Shown piece after piece: positions 1 to 11,814 of a stretch of 32,098 bases of DNA. The stretch comes from Octopus bimaculoides. Lineage: Eukaryota. The DNA lies in assembly GCF_001194135.2 (NCBI RefSeq), contig NC_069002.1:17872717-17904814 (forward strand). The letters are read 5' to 3'. A program made the position numbers and the translations under genes. Each line of letters opens with the position of its first letter. Position 1 is the stretch's first letter. The notes below the pieces were generated by a model that made no database searches, was not told the DNA's origin, and saw nothing but the letters and a program-made list of their open reading frames with translations.

Positions 1-45
1 TTACACATAGTATTGGTTTCTTTTTTTTTTTCCATATTCTATCTA

Positions 46-345
46 TCATCATCATTGTTTAACGTCCGCTTTCCATGCTAGCATGGGTTGGACGATTTGA
101 CTGAGGACTGGTGAAACTAGATGGCTACACCAGGCTCCAATCTGATTTGGCAGAGTTTCTACAGCTGGGTGCCCTTCCTAACGCCAACCACTCAGAGAGT
201 GTAGTGGGTGCTTTTACGTGTCACCCGCACGAAGGCCAGTCAGGGAGTACTGGCAACGGCCACGCTCAAAATGGTGTATTTTATGTGCCACCCGCACAAG
301 AGCCAGTCCAGGGGCACTGGCAACGATCTCGCTCGAAAATCCCAC
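46..345 (-). mobile_element. 3'-end copy of an RTE-clade LINE (5'-truncated or SINE-like)
   Basis: (CAT)n tail followed by gtttaacgtccgctttccatgctagcatggg...tgcccttcctaacgccaacc, nearly identical to 1466-1640 and 30237-30455. Confidence 0.8.
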
Positions 346-791
346 AATATGATTTCTGTGGTTGAGTATTATTGGAAGGATTAGATGAGATGCGATAATT
401 TTCATTTTTATTTTTTATGTCTATTGGTTTAGTGTTCTTATTTCTATCTATAATTAATTGATTCGGGTGTTTATTGTCAGTATTCTGGGTTTTATTACGT
501 TATTATTATTGTAGTTAATGATTTGTGAATTGCTGAAATTAGTGTTATTTTTTCTTTTAATAAGGTATTGCCTATGGTGCTCGGATTGATTACATTCATT
601 AGTATGTTTATTGCTGTTGTAGGATTTATGTCTATTGCTAATGTTGTGTTGATGACTATTATTGAGAGTTTTTGCTTGTTGTGATGCACTAAATCACCTC
701 TTGACTTAGATGCCAGTATTGTTCATATCAGGATAACATTTAGTATTATTAGTATTGGTACTGTTGTTTTTATTGTACTTGATTTCATATC

Positions 792-1430
792 CACACACAC
801 ACACACACACACACATACATATATATATATCCATATATATCATATATATATCATATATATCCATATACATATCTATATATCCATATACATATATATATCC
901 ATATACATATCTATATATCCATATACATATATATATCCATATACATATCTATATATCCATATATACATATCTATATATCCATATATACATATCTATATAT
1001 CCATATATACATATCTATATATCCATATCTATATATCCATATATCCATATCTATATATCCATATATACATATATATANNNNNNNNNNNNNNNNNNNNNNN
1101 NNNNNNNNNNNNNNNNNNNNNNNNNNNNNNNNNNNNNNNNNNNNNNNNNNNNNNNNNNNNNNNNNNNNNNNNNNNNNNNNNNNNNNNNNNNNNNNNNNNN
1201 NNNNNNNNNNNNNNNNNNNNNNNNNNNNNNNNNNNNNNNNNNNNNNNNNNNNNNNNNNNNNNNNNNNNNNNNNNNNNNNNNNNNNNNNNNNNNNNNNNNN
1301 NNNNNNNNNNNNNNNNNNNNNNNNNNNNNNNNNNNNNNNNNNNNNNNNNNNNNNNNNNNNNNNNNNNNNNNNNNNNNNNNNNNNNNNNNNNNNNNNNNNN
1401 NNNNNNNNNNNNNNNNNNNNNNNNNNNNAT

Positions 1431-1465
<35 letters not shown>
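792..1465. repeat. (CA)n and degenerate ATATCC/ATATAC microsatellite-minisatellite spanning an assembly gap (N 1078-1428)
   Basis: Directly visible tandem low-complexity sequence. Confidence 0.95.
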
Positions 1466-1466
<1 letters not shown>

Positions 1467-3640
1467 CATCATCATTGTTTAACATCTGCTTTCCATGCTG
1501 GCATGAGTCGGACGATTTGACTGAGGACTGGTGAACCAGATGGCTGTACCAGGCTCCAATCTGATCTGGCAGAGTTTCTACAACTGGATGCCCTTCCTAA
1601 TGCCAACCACTCCAAATGTGTAGTGGGTGGTTTTACATGCCACTGGCATAAAAGCCAGTCAGGCAGTACTGGCAACGGCCATGCTAATATGGTGTTTTTT
1701 ACATGCCACCTGCACAGGAGCCAGTCCAGCAGCATTGGCAACAAACTCGCTCGAATATTTTTTCACATGCCACCAGCACAAGTGCCAGTAAGGCGACACT
1801 GGTAGCAATCACGCTTGAATGGTGCTTTTTACGTGNNNNNNNNNNCTGGCAACGATCACGCCCGGATGGTGCTCTTAGTGCTCCACTAGTACAGATGCCA
1901 GTAATTGAATTTGATTTCGATTTCACTTGCCTCAACAGGTCTTCGCCAGCAGTTTAGTGTCCAATGAAGGAAAGGTACACATAACTGGGCTGGTTATACC
2001 CCCGGCATAGGCCACGGATTATGGTCTCACTTGGCTTGCTGGGTCTTCTCAAGCACAGTATATTTCCAAAGGTCTCGGTCACTAGTCATTGCCTCGGTGA
2101 GGCCTAATGTTTGAAGGTTGTGCTTCACCACCTCGTCCCAGATCTTCCTGGGTCTACCTCTTCCAAAGGTTCCCTCAACCGCTAGGGTGTGGCACTTTTT
2201 CACATAGCTGTCCTCATTCATTCTCGCCACATGACCATACCAGCGCAGTCGTCTCTCTTGTACACCACATCTGATGCTTCTTAGGTCCAACTTTTCCCTC
2301 AAGGTACTTACACTCTATCGGGTATGCACACTGACATAACACATCCAGTGGAGCATACTGGCTTCATTCCTTGCAAGCTCACTCATGTCCTCAGCAGTCA
2401 TGGCCCATGTTTCACTGCCATGTAGCATTGCTGTTTGTACACATGCGTAATACAGTCTGCCTTTTACTCTGAGCGAGAGGCCCTTTGTCACAAGCAGAGG
2501 TAAGAGCTCTCTGAACTTTGCCCAGGCTATTCTTATTGTAGCAGCTACACTTTCAGTACATCCACCCCTGCTACTGACTTGGTCACCTAGGNNNNNNNNN
2601 NNNNNNNNNNNNNNNNNNNNNNNNNNNNNNNNNNNNNNNNNNNNNNNNNNNNNNNNNNNNNNNNNNNNNNNNNNNNNNNNNNNNNNNNNNNNNNNNNNNN
2701 NNNNNNNNNNNNNNNNNNNNNNNNNNNNNNNNNNNNNNNNNNNNNNNNNNNNNNNNNNNNNNNNNNNNNNNNNNNNNNNNNNNNNNNNNNNNNNNNNNNN
2801 NNNNNNNNNNNNNNNNNNNNNNNNNNNNNNNNNNNNNNNNNNNNNNNNNNNNNNNNNNNNNCTAGATTTTCTCCCTGGAATGTGGCAGAAGTTGTTCTCT
2901 GCACATTTTCAGTGTTTATTGCTCCTGAGCATCTGCCACAAACAAAAACTAACTTCCTAGTTAGCCTTTCTTTGATATTGCTGCACCTCTTATGTGTCCA
3001 TAGCTTACACTGGGTACATCTTATAGAGTTTCTACCTACACCTTTTCTACAGATCGAGCAGGGCCATTTACCTGAAGGGAATTGTGGTTTGTCTGCCTTC
3101 CTACTTATTAGGACTTTGGTTTTAGCTAGGTTGACTCCAAGGCCCTTTGATTCTAATCCTTGCTTCCACATCTGAAACTTCTCCTGTAGTTCACATAGTG
3201 ATTCAGCTATAAGAGCAAGGTCATCAGCATAGAGGGGCTCCCAGGGGCATCCTGTCTTGAATTCCTGTTATTGCCTGGAGGACTATGATAAATAGGAAGG
3301 GGATGAGGACTGAACCGTGGTGGACCCCTACCTCTTCCCTGGAATTCTTCACTGTACTCGTTGCCAACCCTCACCTTACTGACAGCATCCCTGTACATGG
3401 CTTGCACACCTCTCACTAACCCTTCATCTATCCCTATTTTCTTCCTTGACTACCAGATAAGGGATCAGGGGACCCTGTCAAAGGCTTTCTCCATGTTATC
3501 CACACGTCTCCACTCAAGCATCTCAACAATCTCACCAGACCTACCTTTCAGTGTGCCGACGTTCAGAGTGCCAACCCTGAGGGTGTGGGAGGTGTGGGCC
3601 CGTGAGACCTTGGGATGGAGGACAACAGCGTCATGTATCT
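1466..3640 (-). mobile_element. RTE-clade non-LTR retrotransposon, internally deleted and decayed (APE start fused to RT, C-terminus, 3'UTR, (TGA)n tail)
   Basis: Minus-strand translations give TLRVGTLNVGTLKGRSGEIVEMLE (APE N-terminus), MEKAFDRVP, frameshifted VHQGSVLSP and LLYADDL-like RT motifs, KWPCSICRKGVGRNSIRCTQCKLWTHKRC and RRLRWYGHVARM...GRGRPRKIW. The 3'UTR and tail match the other RTE 3' ends. Contains N gaps 1836-1846 and 2592-2860. Confidence 0.93.
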
Positions 3641-3821
3641 GAAAAGAAAGCTCGCATTTGGCAGAATTCATAAACAAACAATAGCCTTCAATTCAACCTG
3701 CATACACTACACCATTATATTTATGCACTATATGATCACTACCTTAGATAGGAGATAAACCCTAAGTAGGGGTGGGGATGGCGTAAAGGAAGGAAGTCTT
3801 GGTGAAGCAGTGGCAATCAGA

Positions 3822-3854
<33 letters not shown>

Positions 3855-4050
3855 GTGAGAAATGGGAGTGGGGGGTAGTGGTCAGAACACGAGGGAGAAA
3901 AATATTCTTTTGAGATTTGGGTAGCATAATTTAACAAGACAGCAAATATTGATAATAGTAAAATAGAATTGAAAAATCTGAGTTTTCAGTCAGCCAATCT
4001 AGGACAAAATTAGAGAAATAAGTGACTGTGTGATAAACATAAATAAATGA

Positions 4051-4081
<31 letters not shown>

Positions 4082-4518
4082 AAAAATACAAATGATATAT
4101 AAGCATATGCATGTATACATACATATATGTACATACCTACATCTACATGTATATATAGATGCATATCCGGGTACAGGACGTTAGACAAATGAACGGGAGC
4201 ATAAAAACAAAATGGACTTTGTTTTTACGTATTTTTCTGCATTATATGGATAATTTATCCTGATCACGCTATTTATAGCATTATCACGCGTTTGAGAAAT
4301 AAATTTATTTCTGTATCTTACAATACATCTCAACGCTTCTAAAGACAAACTTTGTTTGTTTACTTTCATCGTAAAGTTGAAATTATTAATAATAATAATA
4401 TTATAAATAAATTCATAATAGGTGTGAAATCTCCAATCCATAATTCAACAAATAGGATTTACCAGCACTTTCAGTTAGTATGTATGCTTTATTAAAATAT
4501 AACATATATGGTGGTGGT

Positions 4519-4764
4519 GGTGCGTGGCTTAGTGATTAGAGTGTCAGCATCATGAGTGTAAGATTGTGATTTTGATTCCTGGACCGGGCGACATGTTATG
4601 TTCTTGAACAAAACACTTCATTACACGTTGCTCCAGTCCACTCAGCTGGCAAAAAATTAGTAACACTGCGATGGACTGGCGTCCCGTCCAGCTGGGGAAC
4701 ACATACACCATTGAAACTGGGAAACCGGGCCCATGAGCCTGGCTAGGCTTTAAAAGGGCGCATT

Positions 4765-4765
<1 letters not shown>
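4519..4765 (+). mobile_element. tRNA-derived SINE with V-domain-like core
   Basis: A-box-like tggcttagtga and degenerate B-box ttgattcc. ctgcgatggactggcgtcccgtccag (4666-4691) resembles the recalled V-SINE conserved domain. Ends in (TA)n(CA)n. Confidence 0.7.
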
Positions 4766-4797
<32 letters not shown>

Positions 4798-4800
<3 letters not shown>

Positions 4801-5380
4801 AGGTTGTATCAATAAGTATCTGGGCTGTTGCCATAGTAACAAAGCTAATGCACAGAGTGAAGCTGCTTGGCAAAAATTCACCTTGAACACTACTGTGCAT
4901 GCACACTAAGTTTTAACATTCTAGCTCACTTCTGCTGTTTACAACAGTGCTTCAAAGGAAAGTATGTAGCATGTGATCATCACATTGACCATGACAGAGA
5001 AAGTTGTCATGGAAATATCTGCTCAGAGGCCTATGCAAAGTTGCAGAAAGTTTATGGAGAGGAGTGTATGAGCTGCATGCAAGTGTAGGAGTGTTTCAGA
5101 TGTTTCCAAGATGGCTGAAAATATGTCGATATTGAGAAATGTTCTGGGAGACCCGCAACCAGCATAACTGAGGAAAACATTGCAGATGTGTGTGCAGCTG
5201 TGATGGGAAATCATCGAATTACCATCTATGAGTTATCAGAGGATGTGCAGATTAGTTATGAGACTCGTGTCTGCCAAGTTTGTGCCAAAACTGCTTTCAG
5301 CTGACCAAAAAGCCACTCTGGTTTCAGATGCATAAGATTTCCTTGATTGTGCCAAGATTGATGAAAACTTTTTGAAAACT
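4798..5380 (+). mobile_element. Mariner-family DNA transposon 5' fragment with decayed transposase N-terminus
   Basis: A TIR-like start (aaggttgtatcaataagtatc) precedes decayed frames reading KLQKVYGEECMS, SGRPATSITEENIADV, HRITIYELSEDVQISY and RVSAKFVPKLLSADQK. These are the HTH region and WVP-like motif of mariner transposases, with stops and deletions. Confidence 0.88.
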
Positions 5381-7550
5381 TAGCTAAATATTAAATTAAT
5401 CCCATCCCTTCAACTAATGTTTATTAGTGCCATTTTTAACATTTACTTGGAATATTGCTCTATGTAAATTGTATATTAATAATTCAAACATGTATAACAA
5501 AATAGTCTGATTATTTTGTTCTATTGTGTAATATATTAATAAGCAAATACATAGCCATTCTCATGGAAACACATGTAACATAATTAAAAAGTCAACACCA
5601 CTCTTATTCATTTGTTATATTTTTACTCTGCAGTAAATGTGCAGCATTTTATTAAATTCACTGGAGGGCTTAATAATATGAATTAACTAATTAATATTGC
5701 GTTATTTGTTTTATTGATTGGTTGATGGATATAGAGTATTGTTGGTATTCCTCTGTTAGCCAAATACTCACACAAAGTGCTACTAAGTTAATTGCCTTAG
5801 ATTGTAAAGATCCCTACAACTTGAATATATTATATGTATATATTATGCATATATATGAGGTGACGTTAATTTAAAACCCGTGTTGAGGAACAATCCATTT
5901 GTAAATCATTTCATGTGAATCTGTGATTTATTGTACCAATGACAAGACTGTTTATTATTTTCTTTGTCACTGTTTTTAATTCTAATTTTATTTTGTAGCC
6001 ATTTAAGTTTGCAGCGTTCTTGCGTCCCATCTGTTTCTTGTAGTTCTCTTCATTTTCCCCCCATCCACCAGTCTTGTAGACACTTGTTGCTTTAATCTGT
6101 ACCCAAGTCTGATCCTGCATTTATTTTTTATTTTATTCTGTTTTAGTATTTCCTGCTTTCCCTTTTATATTTTTACATTATTGTTTGCTATTATTTATTG
6201 CCTAGTTATGAATATTTTGTTTTATTTCTTGCATTTTAAAATTCTTTTTTTTTTTAATTTTATTTTTTTTACAAATTTAAGATCTCAAAATATATTTGTT
6301 CACAGGGTTAACTGCATGCTTAATCAATCAAGAAAAAAATTAATTCTGTTTCTTTTTTTTAAAATTTCAAATAAATATTCATAACCACGAATCAACCCCA
6401 GTGCAATTCCTGACAAACTTATATAAGAAAAATTGCAGAACAAATAAGAACTTATACCATCTTTAGAACAACATATGCAACATTTCAATCAGTTTGTCAT
6501 CATGTATCTTATTTCTGGATGTATACATAGTCTCAAATTAGATTCAAACTGGAAGCATTTAATTTAAACAAGGTGAATCATGTTCTTACCCACATGACCA
6601 TGTATATGGTTCATGCATAACCAGGTTCTTAGTTCAATGCAGAGACTATGCTCACATTCAGGAATGAAACACCTGACAATGTTTGGACATCCAAACACTC
6701 TAAATGTAATGTAGATATGTAATTTAAGGCAAGGATGATATTCTGTGAATTAATATAATTTTGTTGAAAACTCATTTTAGCAATTTAATTATCCATACAT
6801 TTCAACTAATAGCGGGAAATTTTTTACTGTATGTCACAATTTTTTACTGTATGTCACTATTTCAAATTGTTCTATGCTCTGTCACAACATGGTACAAAAT
6901 ATTGACTACAAACATATTGTACCAGATCCTACACCATTTAGTTGTTAATGTACTGCTGAAGATTTTGTTTTTGTGTAAAATGTCTTATAAGTCATCCTAT
7001 TGAGGCCCTTTCTTCTTCAAGCTATTTTCATTTGATAAGCACATCTTGGCAATTGACTGTGTCATGTCAAATATGTAATGTCCCTGTCATTAACATCAAT
7101 CGCCTGTACCTTGTAGGGTACTTGATTAAAGTATCTTTCTCAGTAATTTGGTGCAGTACTAATGACCAGATACAAACCTTCAGCTTTGCAGATTTCAGTG
7201 CCTGTGTAGTCACACAGGCACATACACCCCTCCACACACACACACACGCGCACACACACACACACACACATACACACACACACGCGCACACACTTGTATA
7301 CACATCACTGTCAACTTGATTAAATTGTAGAACACTTATCACATTCTTTGTTATTTTAAGAAAAATATATTCAAAAGAAATGGTTTAAAATTTGAATGGT
7401 AGATCCTGCAGTTCATTTTGGCTTATTTATTGCCTGTCTTTTTTTTTTTTTATATCCCCAAAAATTCAGAAGCTGGAATGACCAAATCTATATAGTCATT
7501 TGGAGTTTTGTATCTCATCTTGTACTTTGTTGTTGTTGTTATTATTATTA

Positions 7551-7737
7551 CAAGCTGGCAGAATTGTTAACATGCCAGACATAGTGGTATTTCATCCATC
7601 TTTATATTCTGAGTTCAAGTTCTACTGAGCTTTGTCTTTCGGGGTCGATAAAATAAGTAACGGTTGAGTGCTGGGGTCGATGTAATCAACATGCCCCCAC
7701 TCCCAAAATTGCTGCCTTTGTGCCCATAGTAAAAAGG

Positions 7738-7770
<33 letters not shown>

Positions 7771-8225
7771 TAAGGCAGCAAGCTGGCAAAATTATTAGCA
7801 CACTGAACAAAATGCTTAGTGGCATTTCATCTGTCTTTAAGTTATGAGTTCAAATTCCACCAAAGCCACTTTTGCCTTTCTTCCTTTAGGAGTTAGTAAA
7901 ATAAGAACCAGTTGAACACTGGGGTCAGTATAATCAACCAAATCCATTCCCTATTATTTCAGGCCTTGTGCCTATAGAACAAAGGATTATTATTTTTATT
8001 TAAAGTGATGAATTGGCAGAATTATAAACATGCCAGACAAAATGCTGAGTAACATTTCTTGCAAGTCAATACATTCTGAGTTCCAGTGCCACTAAGGTTG
8101 ACTTTGCCTTTCATCCTTTTGGGATTGATAAAATAAGTACCAGTCAAGTACTGGGATTGATGTAATTGACTAGCCGCCTCCCCATAAATTTTGGGACTTG
8201 TGCCTAATGTAGAAAGGATTATCAT
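7551..8225 (+). mobile_element. Three head-to-tail tRNA-derived SINEs with Meta-domain-like core, separated by (TTA)n
   Basis: Units of about 190-220 bp start at about 7551, 7771 and 8001. Each has agctggcag...gagttcaa(a)ttc...tttgcctttcatcc...gataaaataagtac...ctggggtc(g)atgtaatc...ttgtgcc...aaaggatt. Confidence 0.85.
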
Positions 8226-9226
8226 TATTTTTAGTCATTACTCGTTGCTAGGTAACGACCTAGTCAAGATGAAATAGATCCTTCAGCAGAAGCCTACTAA
8301 AATGATCACCTTGATATGAGCAACAACAACCTGTTTCTTTTTTGTCTTGAAACAAATTTAAATTCTATCTTTCACACACACACACTCTCTCTCTCTCAAC
8401 AATGAGTCATTGTAGTAAAAGTCTTTTTTGAGTCTGTATTGTCTATACGTTGAAAGACATACAGAAGCACACACACACTACCCCAAAAATAACTATATAT
8501 ATATATATAATTATTTTGTTGAAGTCTGTGTTGTGTCAACATACTAGCACTTAAAAATTGTTTTAATCAAACCTTTTCAGTTACTTTGGTGACAACACTA
8601 CCTATCTTTCACACACACACACACACACTGTTTTCACCTTCTCTTTCTCTCTCTCTGTATTAGTCTCTCAATAACAACTTTTTCTCCTCCCTTTCTTTTA
8701 AATATATGTTGTGACAGGGGCTATCTCCCCTTCTAATTCCTTCCCTTTTTCCTTCTCCCTACATAGATGTTGTTAAGGACAGATAGATGGAAATAGCCTC
8801 TCTTTTATAACATAAGATTATTATTATTATTTAATATTACTAGTATTATTAAATTCAGTATTATTTTTGAGAGCATTTGCTCATAAAACTTGAAACCAAA
8901 AGAAACAGCCAAATTGACTGGTTAGACAATATCAAATATTGACAGTTCTGGTGCCATACCACTTTCAATTAAGAGAAAACCATAGTCTCAAGAATAACAT
9001 TAAAAAAAAACATCTTAATTGTAGGTCAGATGTTACAACTATATTTATAGATATTTAATATGGCCAACTATCGTCTGGTTCTTTGACAAGCTGTGATGTC
9101 TCTTAATACTAATTACCTAATCAATTCTTTTTATTTTTTAACAAGCTTTTATTACTTCATTTGTTGCAACAAAATCAATGAGATATTAATTTTATAACAC
9201 ATACTATATCTTTTTTATCATTCCAG

Positions 9227-9411
9227 AATACTTTGTATTATGATACATATTGGGTGGGCCAACATGTCTGCTTGGCTTGGTTGTGTGCATTTCTTCTGCT
9301 TATTGTCCATTTCCTTCCTCCACAATACCTTGATCTCCTACACAAATGTGCCCTCCATTTGGGACGTTGGCAAAAAGTTGAAGGACGTCATGCCCATGTA
9401 CCATACAACCC
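9227..9411 (+). CDS. TMEM39A: TMEM39A/B orthologue, internal coding exon (NTLYYDTYWVGQHVCLAWLCAFLLLIVHFLPPQYLDLLHKCALHLGRWQKVEGRHAHVPYNP)
   Basis: The peptide matches my recalled human TMEM39A segment YYDMRWSCEH...[22 protein letters not shown]. Acceptor ttttttatcattccag ends at 9226; donor gtacgt starts at 9412. Starts in phase 0 and ends in phase 2. Confidence 0.93.
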
Positions 9412-9540
9412 GTACGTATATTTAAATAAAATCTCACTTGATTGATAAGCACCAAACAATTTCAGGGAAAATTTAATAGTAAAGGAAATTAAACTGAAAA
9501 AAGAAAAAAACTGCAAAAAGTAATATAATCTAATTCAAGA

Positions 9541-9717
9541 TGCTGATGATGTGTGGTTAAGAAGTTTGGTTTCCAACTACATGGCTTTAGGTTTATTCCC
9601 ACTGTGTGACACTGGAGGCAAATACCTTCTACTGTAACCAACGGATTACTAAAGCCTTGTGAGTGGATTTGGTTGATGGAAACTAAAAAATACCCATTGC
9701 ATATATGTTCGTATACA

Positions 9718-9768
<51 letters not shown>

Positions 9769-9777
9769 ATAATAATA
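9541..9777 (+). mobile_element. Head of composite tRNA-derived SINE plus (TG)n(TA)n, running into gap N 9778-9970
   Basis: Similar to 23476-23640 and to the reverse complement of 26690-26854 (tgtggttaagaagttt...aaagccttgtgagtggatttggt.gatggaaact). Confidence 0.75.
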
Positions 9778-10117
9778 NNNNNNNNNNNNNNNNNNNNNNN
9801 NNNNNNNNNNNNNNNNNNNNNNNNNNNNNNNNNNNNNNNNNNNNNNNNNNNNNNNNNNNNNNNNNNNNNNNNNNNNNNNNNNNNNNNNNNNNNNNNNNNN
9901 NNNNNNNNNNNNNNNNNNNNNNNNNNNNNNNNNNNNNNNNNNNNNNNNNNNNNNNNNNNNNNNNNNNNNNATATATATATATATATATATAAAGTTTGCT
10001 TTTGGAATTGGATCTCAAAGTACATATAGAGCTATCAATAATAGTATGTAAATACTCGGTGTAAGTGTATGTATGATGAGTTCTAACATGTTTATATTTA
10101 AGCAAAATCATGAAACG

Positions 10118-10610
10118 TGCATGTTAGTGTCCCTTTGTCTTGACATCAAGTTAGAAACATTCACCACCATTGTATAAGTGGTGTCCTTCATTTCCAATCT
10201 TCTGTTAAAACACACTTAGCTATGAGAACTACTACAGTAGTGGAAATAAGTGAGGATTGGTGACATAAAGGATATCTGACCATAGAAAATCTGCTTCAGC
10301 AAATTCTGTGCAACCCATTTAAGTGTGGAAAAGTGGGTGTTAAAATGACTATTATTATTGAGTGAGAGAGCAGTGCATGCCATCAAAGTAACACTGGAGT
10401 ACAAATATACAAAGCCCAATATACCCATATTGACTACCAGTCTGATAAGGGTACACCAGGAACATACATCACAACCATATGTGGACAACATAGTGATTTT
10501 TATTAAGATAAACAGCACATGACCTTGCAGGTGGGGCCCAATTAGAATTTTCTTCAGATTGAGTAGCCCATCCCACTCAAAAGGTCTCTGAATAAGGTTT
10601 GTTTAAGGAT
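10118..10610 (+). mobile_element. Two adjacent interspersed-repeat fragments (RTE-type 3' end, then a second LINE-tail-like repeat)
   Basis: 10118-10350 is the reverse complement of the ttt(a)atgtcc.ttttccatg...gatgccctt family seen at about 10900-11130 and 16790-16920. 10360-10610 resembles a common recalled octopod repeat; its class is uncertain. Confidence 0.55.
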
Positions 10611-11274
10611 GATGATTCATTGTAAATTATAAAAACAAATAAAATCATGAATTAACTGTCAAGGTTTTAAGATTTTAATTTTAAAATCTTAGGAATTAAT
10701 TCATAATTTGAGTTTAGAGATTATTTTTCATTGTAAATGTTGGTGTAGTAAATTCACTAAATACCTTGTATTTATTCCAACTCTCTCAGATTTCACTAAG
10801 GTCAACTTAGCTTTTTTTCCTTTCAGGGTTAATAAAATAAATTACCAATCCAGAGTGGTTGACTGACTAAAATATTTGTATTAGATAAGACTTGTTCATT
10901 TGTTTTATGTTCCTTTTGCAATGCTAGTATGGCTTATAAAGATCTATGCCATTGAGGTTTTACAGCTGGATGCCCTTCTGTTACTGACCTCTATCGGTTT
11001 CAGATAAGGGTCTCTTACTCTGCACATCTTTGAAGTACAAGACCAGTGTATGATTTATTGATAAAAGAAATAACAACAACATCAACACTTGTTGATTGCA
11101 ATTTTCAGAAAAGCTGAAATGTAAACAAAACACATTCACTCACTCACACACATGACATGTAACATGTGTTGGGTAGTTTTAGACCTGACAAAGCCCATCC
11201 CTCACTAGGTCTGACTGCCAGATTTCTTTCAGAAGAGAGAAAATCAGAGACAGAAAGATTAAGAAACAGAGGAG

Positions 11275-11420
11275 AATTGACCCTATTACACTGGTACTTT
11301 AGTTATCAACCTCAAATTCATGAAAGCAAAGTTGACCTTGGCAGAATTTTAACTTGGCGCCTAGAGAGTCAGTTTGATTACCACAAAGTGATCTACCTGA
11401 CAATCTAATTAATGACTCTG
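11275..11420 (-). mobile_element. Meta-like SINE remnant
   Basis: ctggtactttagttatcaacc...atgaaagcaaagttgaccttggcagaattt is the reverse complement of the SINE core. Confidence 0.6.
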
Positions 11421-11594
11421 CTAATCAGCTGCCTGCACATACATATACAAAAGATGATTAAGTCTAAAAGTTTATAACCTTTTAAGTTGTCAACAGTCGT
11501 ATCATTCTCCTTTGTCAGGGACTTAAATTTCTTTTCCCCGGTCTACATCTCTGTAAACTGGCATTAACTTCACTTCACCGTTGGGTGGTTAGTG

Positions 11595-11692
11595 TTACAG
11601 GTTTCAAATCTTGGCACAAGGCCAGCAAGTTTGAACTGGTAGTTATTTTATTGACCCTAAAAGGATGAAAGGCAAAGTCAACCTTGGGGATT
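11595..11692 (-). mobile_element. Meta-like SINE 3' remnant
   Basis: ggtttcaaatcttggcacaaggccagcaag...ttgaccctaaaaggatgaaaggcaaagtcaacctt. Confidence 0.65.
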
Positions 11693-11814
11693 AATGATAT
11701 TAAATACTTCAGGTGAAAAAGAAGCAAAATAAAACCTCAAAAAATAATTGCAATAAAAATGTTCAGTTTTATCATAAACCAGAAAAAAGTAAAAAATAAA
11801 TGCATATGATCATC

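Noticed and set aside
495-780. Mitochondrial insertion (NUMT, ND5/ND6-like), suggested by the T-rich strand skew and hydrophobic translation
   Set aside because: Translation with the invertebrate mitochondrial code on either strand gave no recognisable ND or COX motif and contained stops. It cannot be fully excluded without BLAST.
755-1534. Long ORFs (259, 148 and 144 aa)
   Set aside because: Artefacts of microsatellites and N gaps.
1634-1910. CRISPR-like repeat-spacer array
   Set aside because: Eukaryotic context, degenerate whole-unit tandem repeats without unique spacers, located inside a LINE 3'UTR, and no cas genes.
5911-6120. Minus-strand ORF MQDQTWVQIKATSVYKTGGWGENEENYKKQMGRKNAANLNGYK
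   Set aside because: It looks coding-like but I recognise no family and see no convincing splice sites. Left uncalled.
6761-7200. Possible upstream TMEM39 exon
   Set aside because: No frame resembles the expected preceding segment (IRNEVE.LK.DFN.R.KEVLFNS...AYY..FLP..F).
9673-10111. ORFs of 95-178 aa
   Set aside because: SINE, microsatellite and N-gap artefacts.
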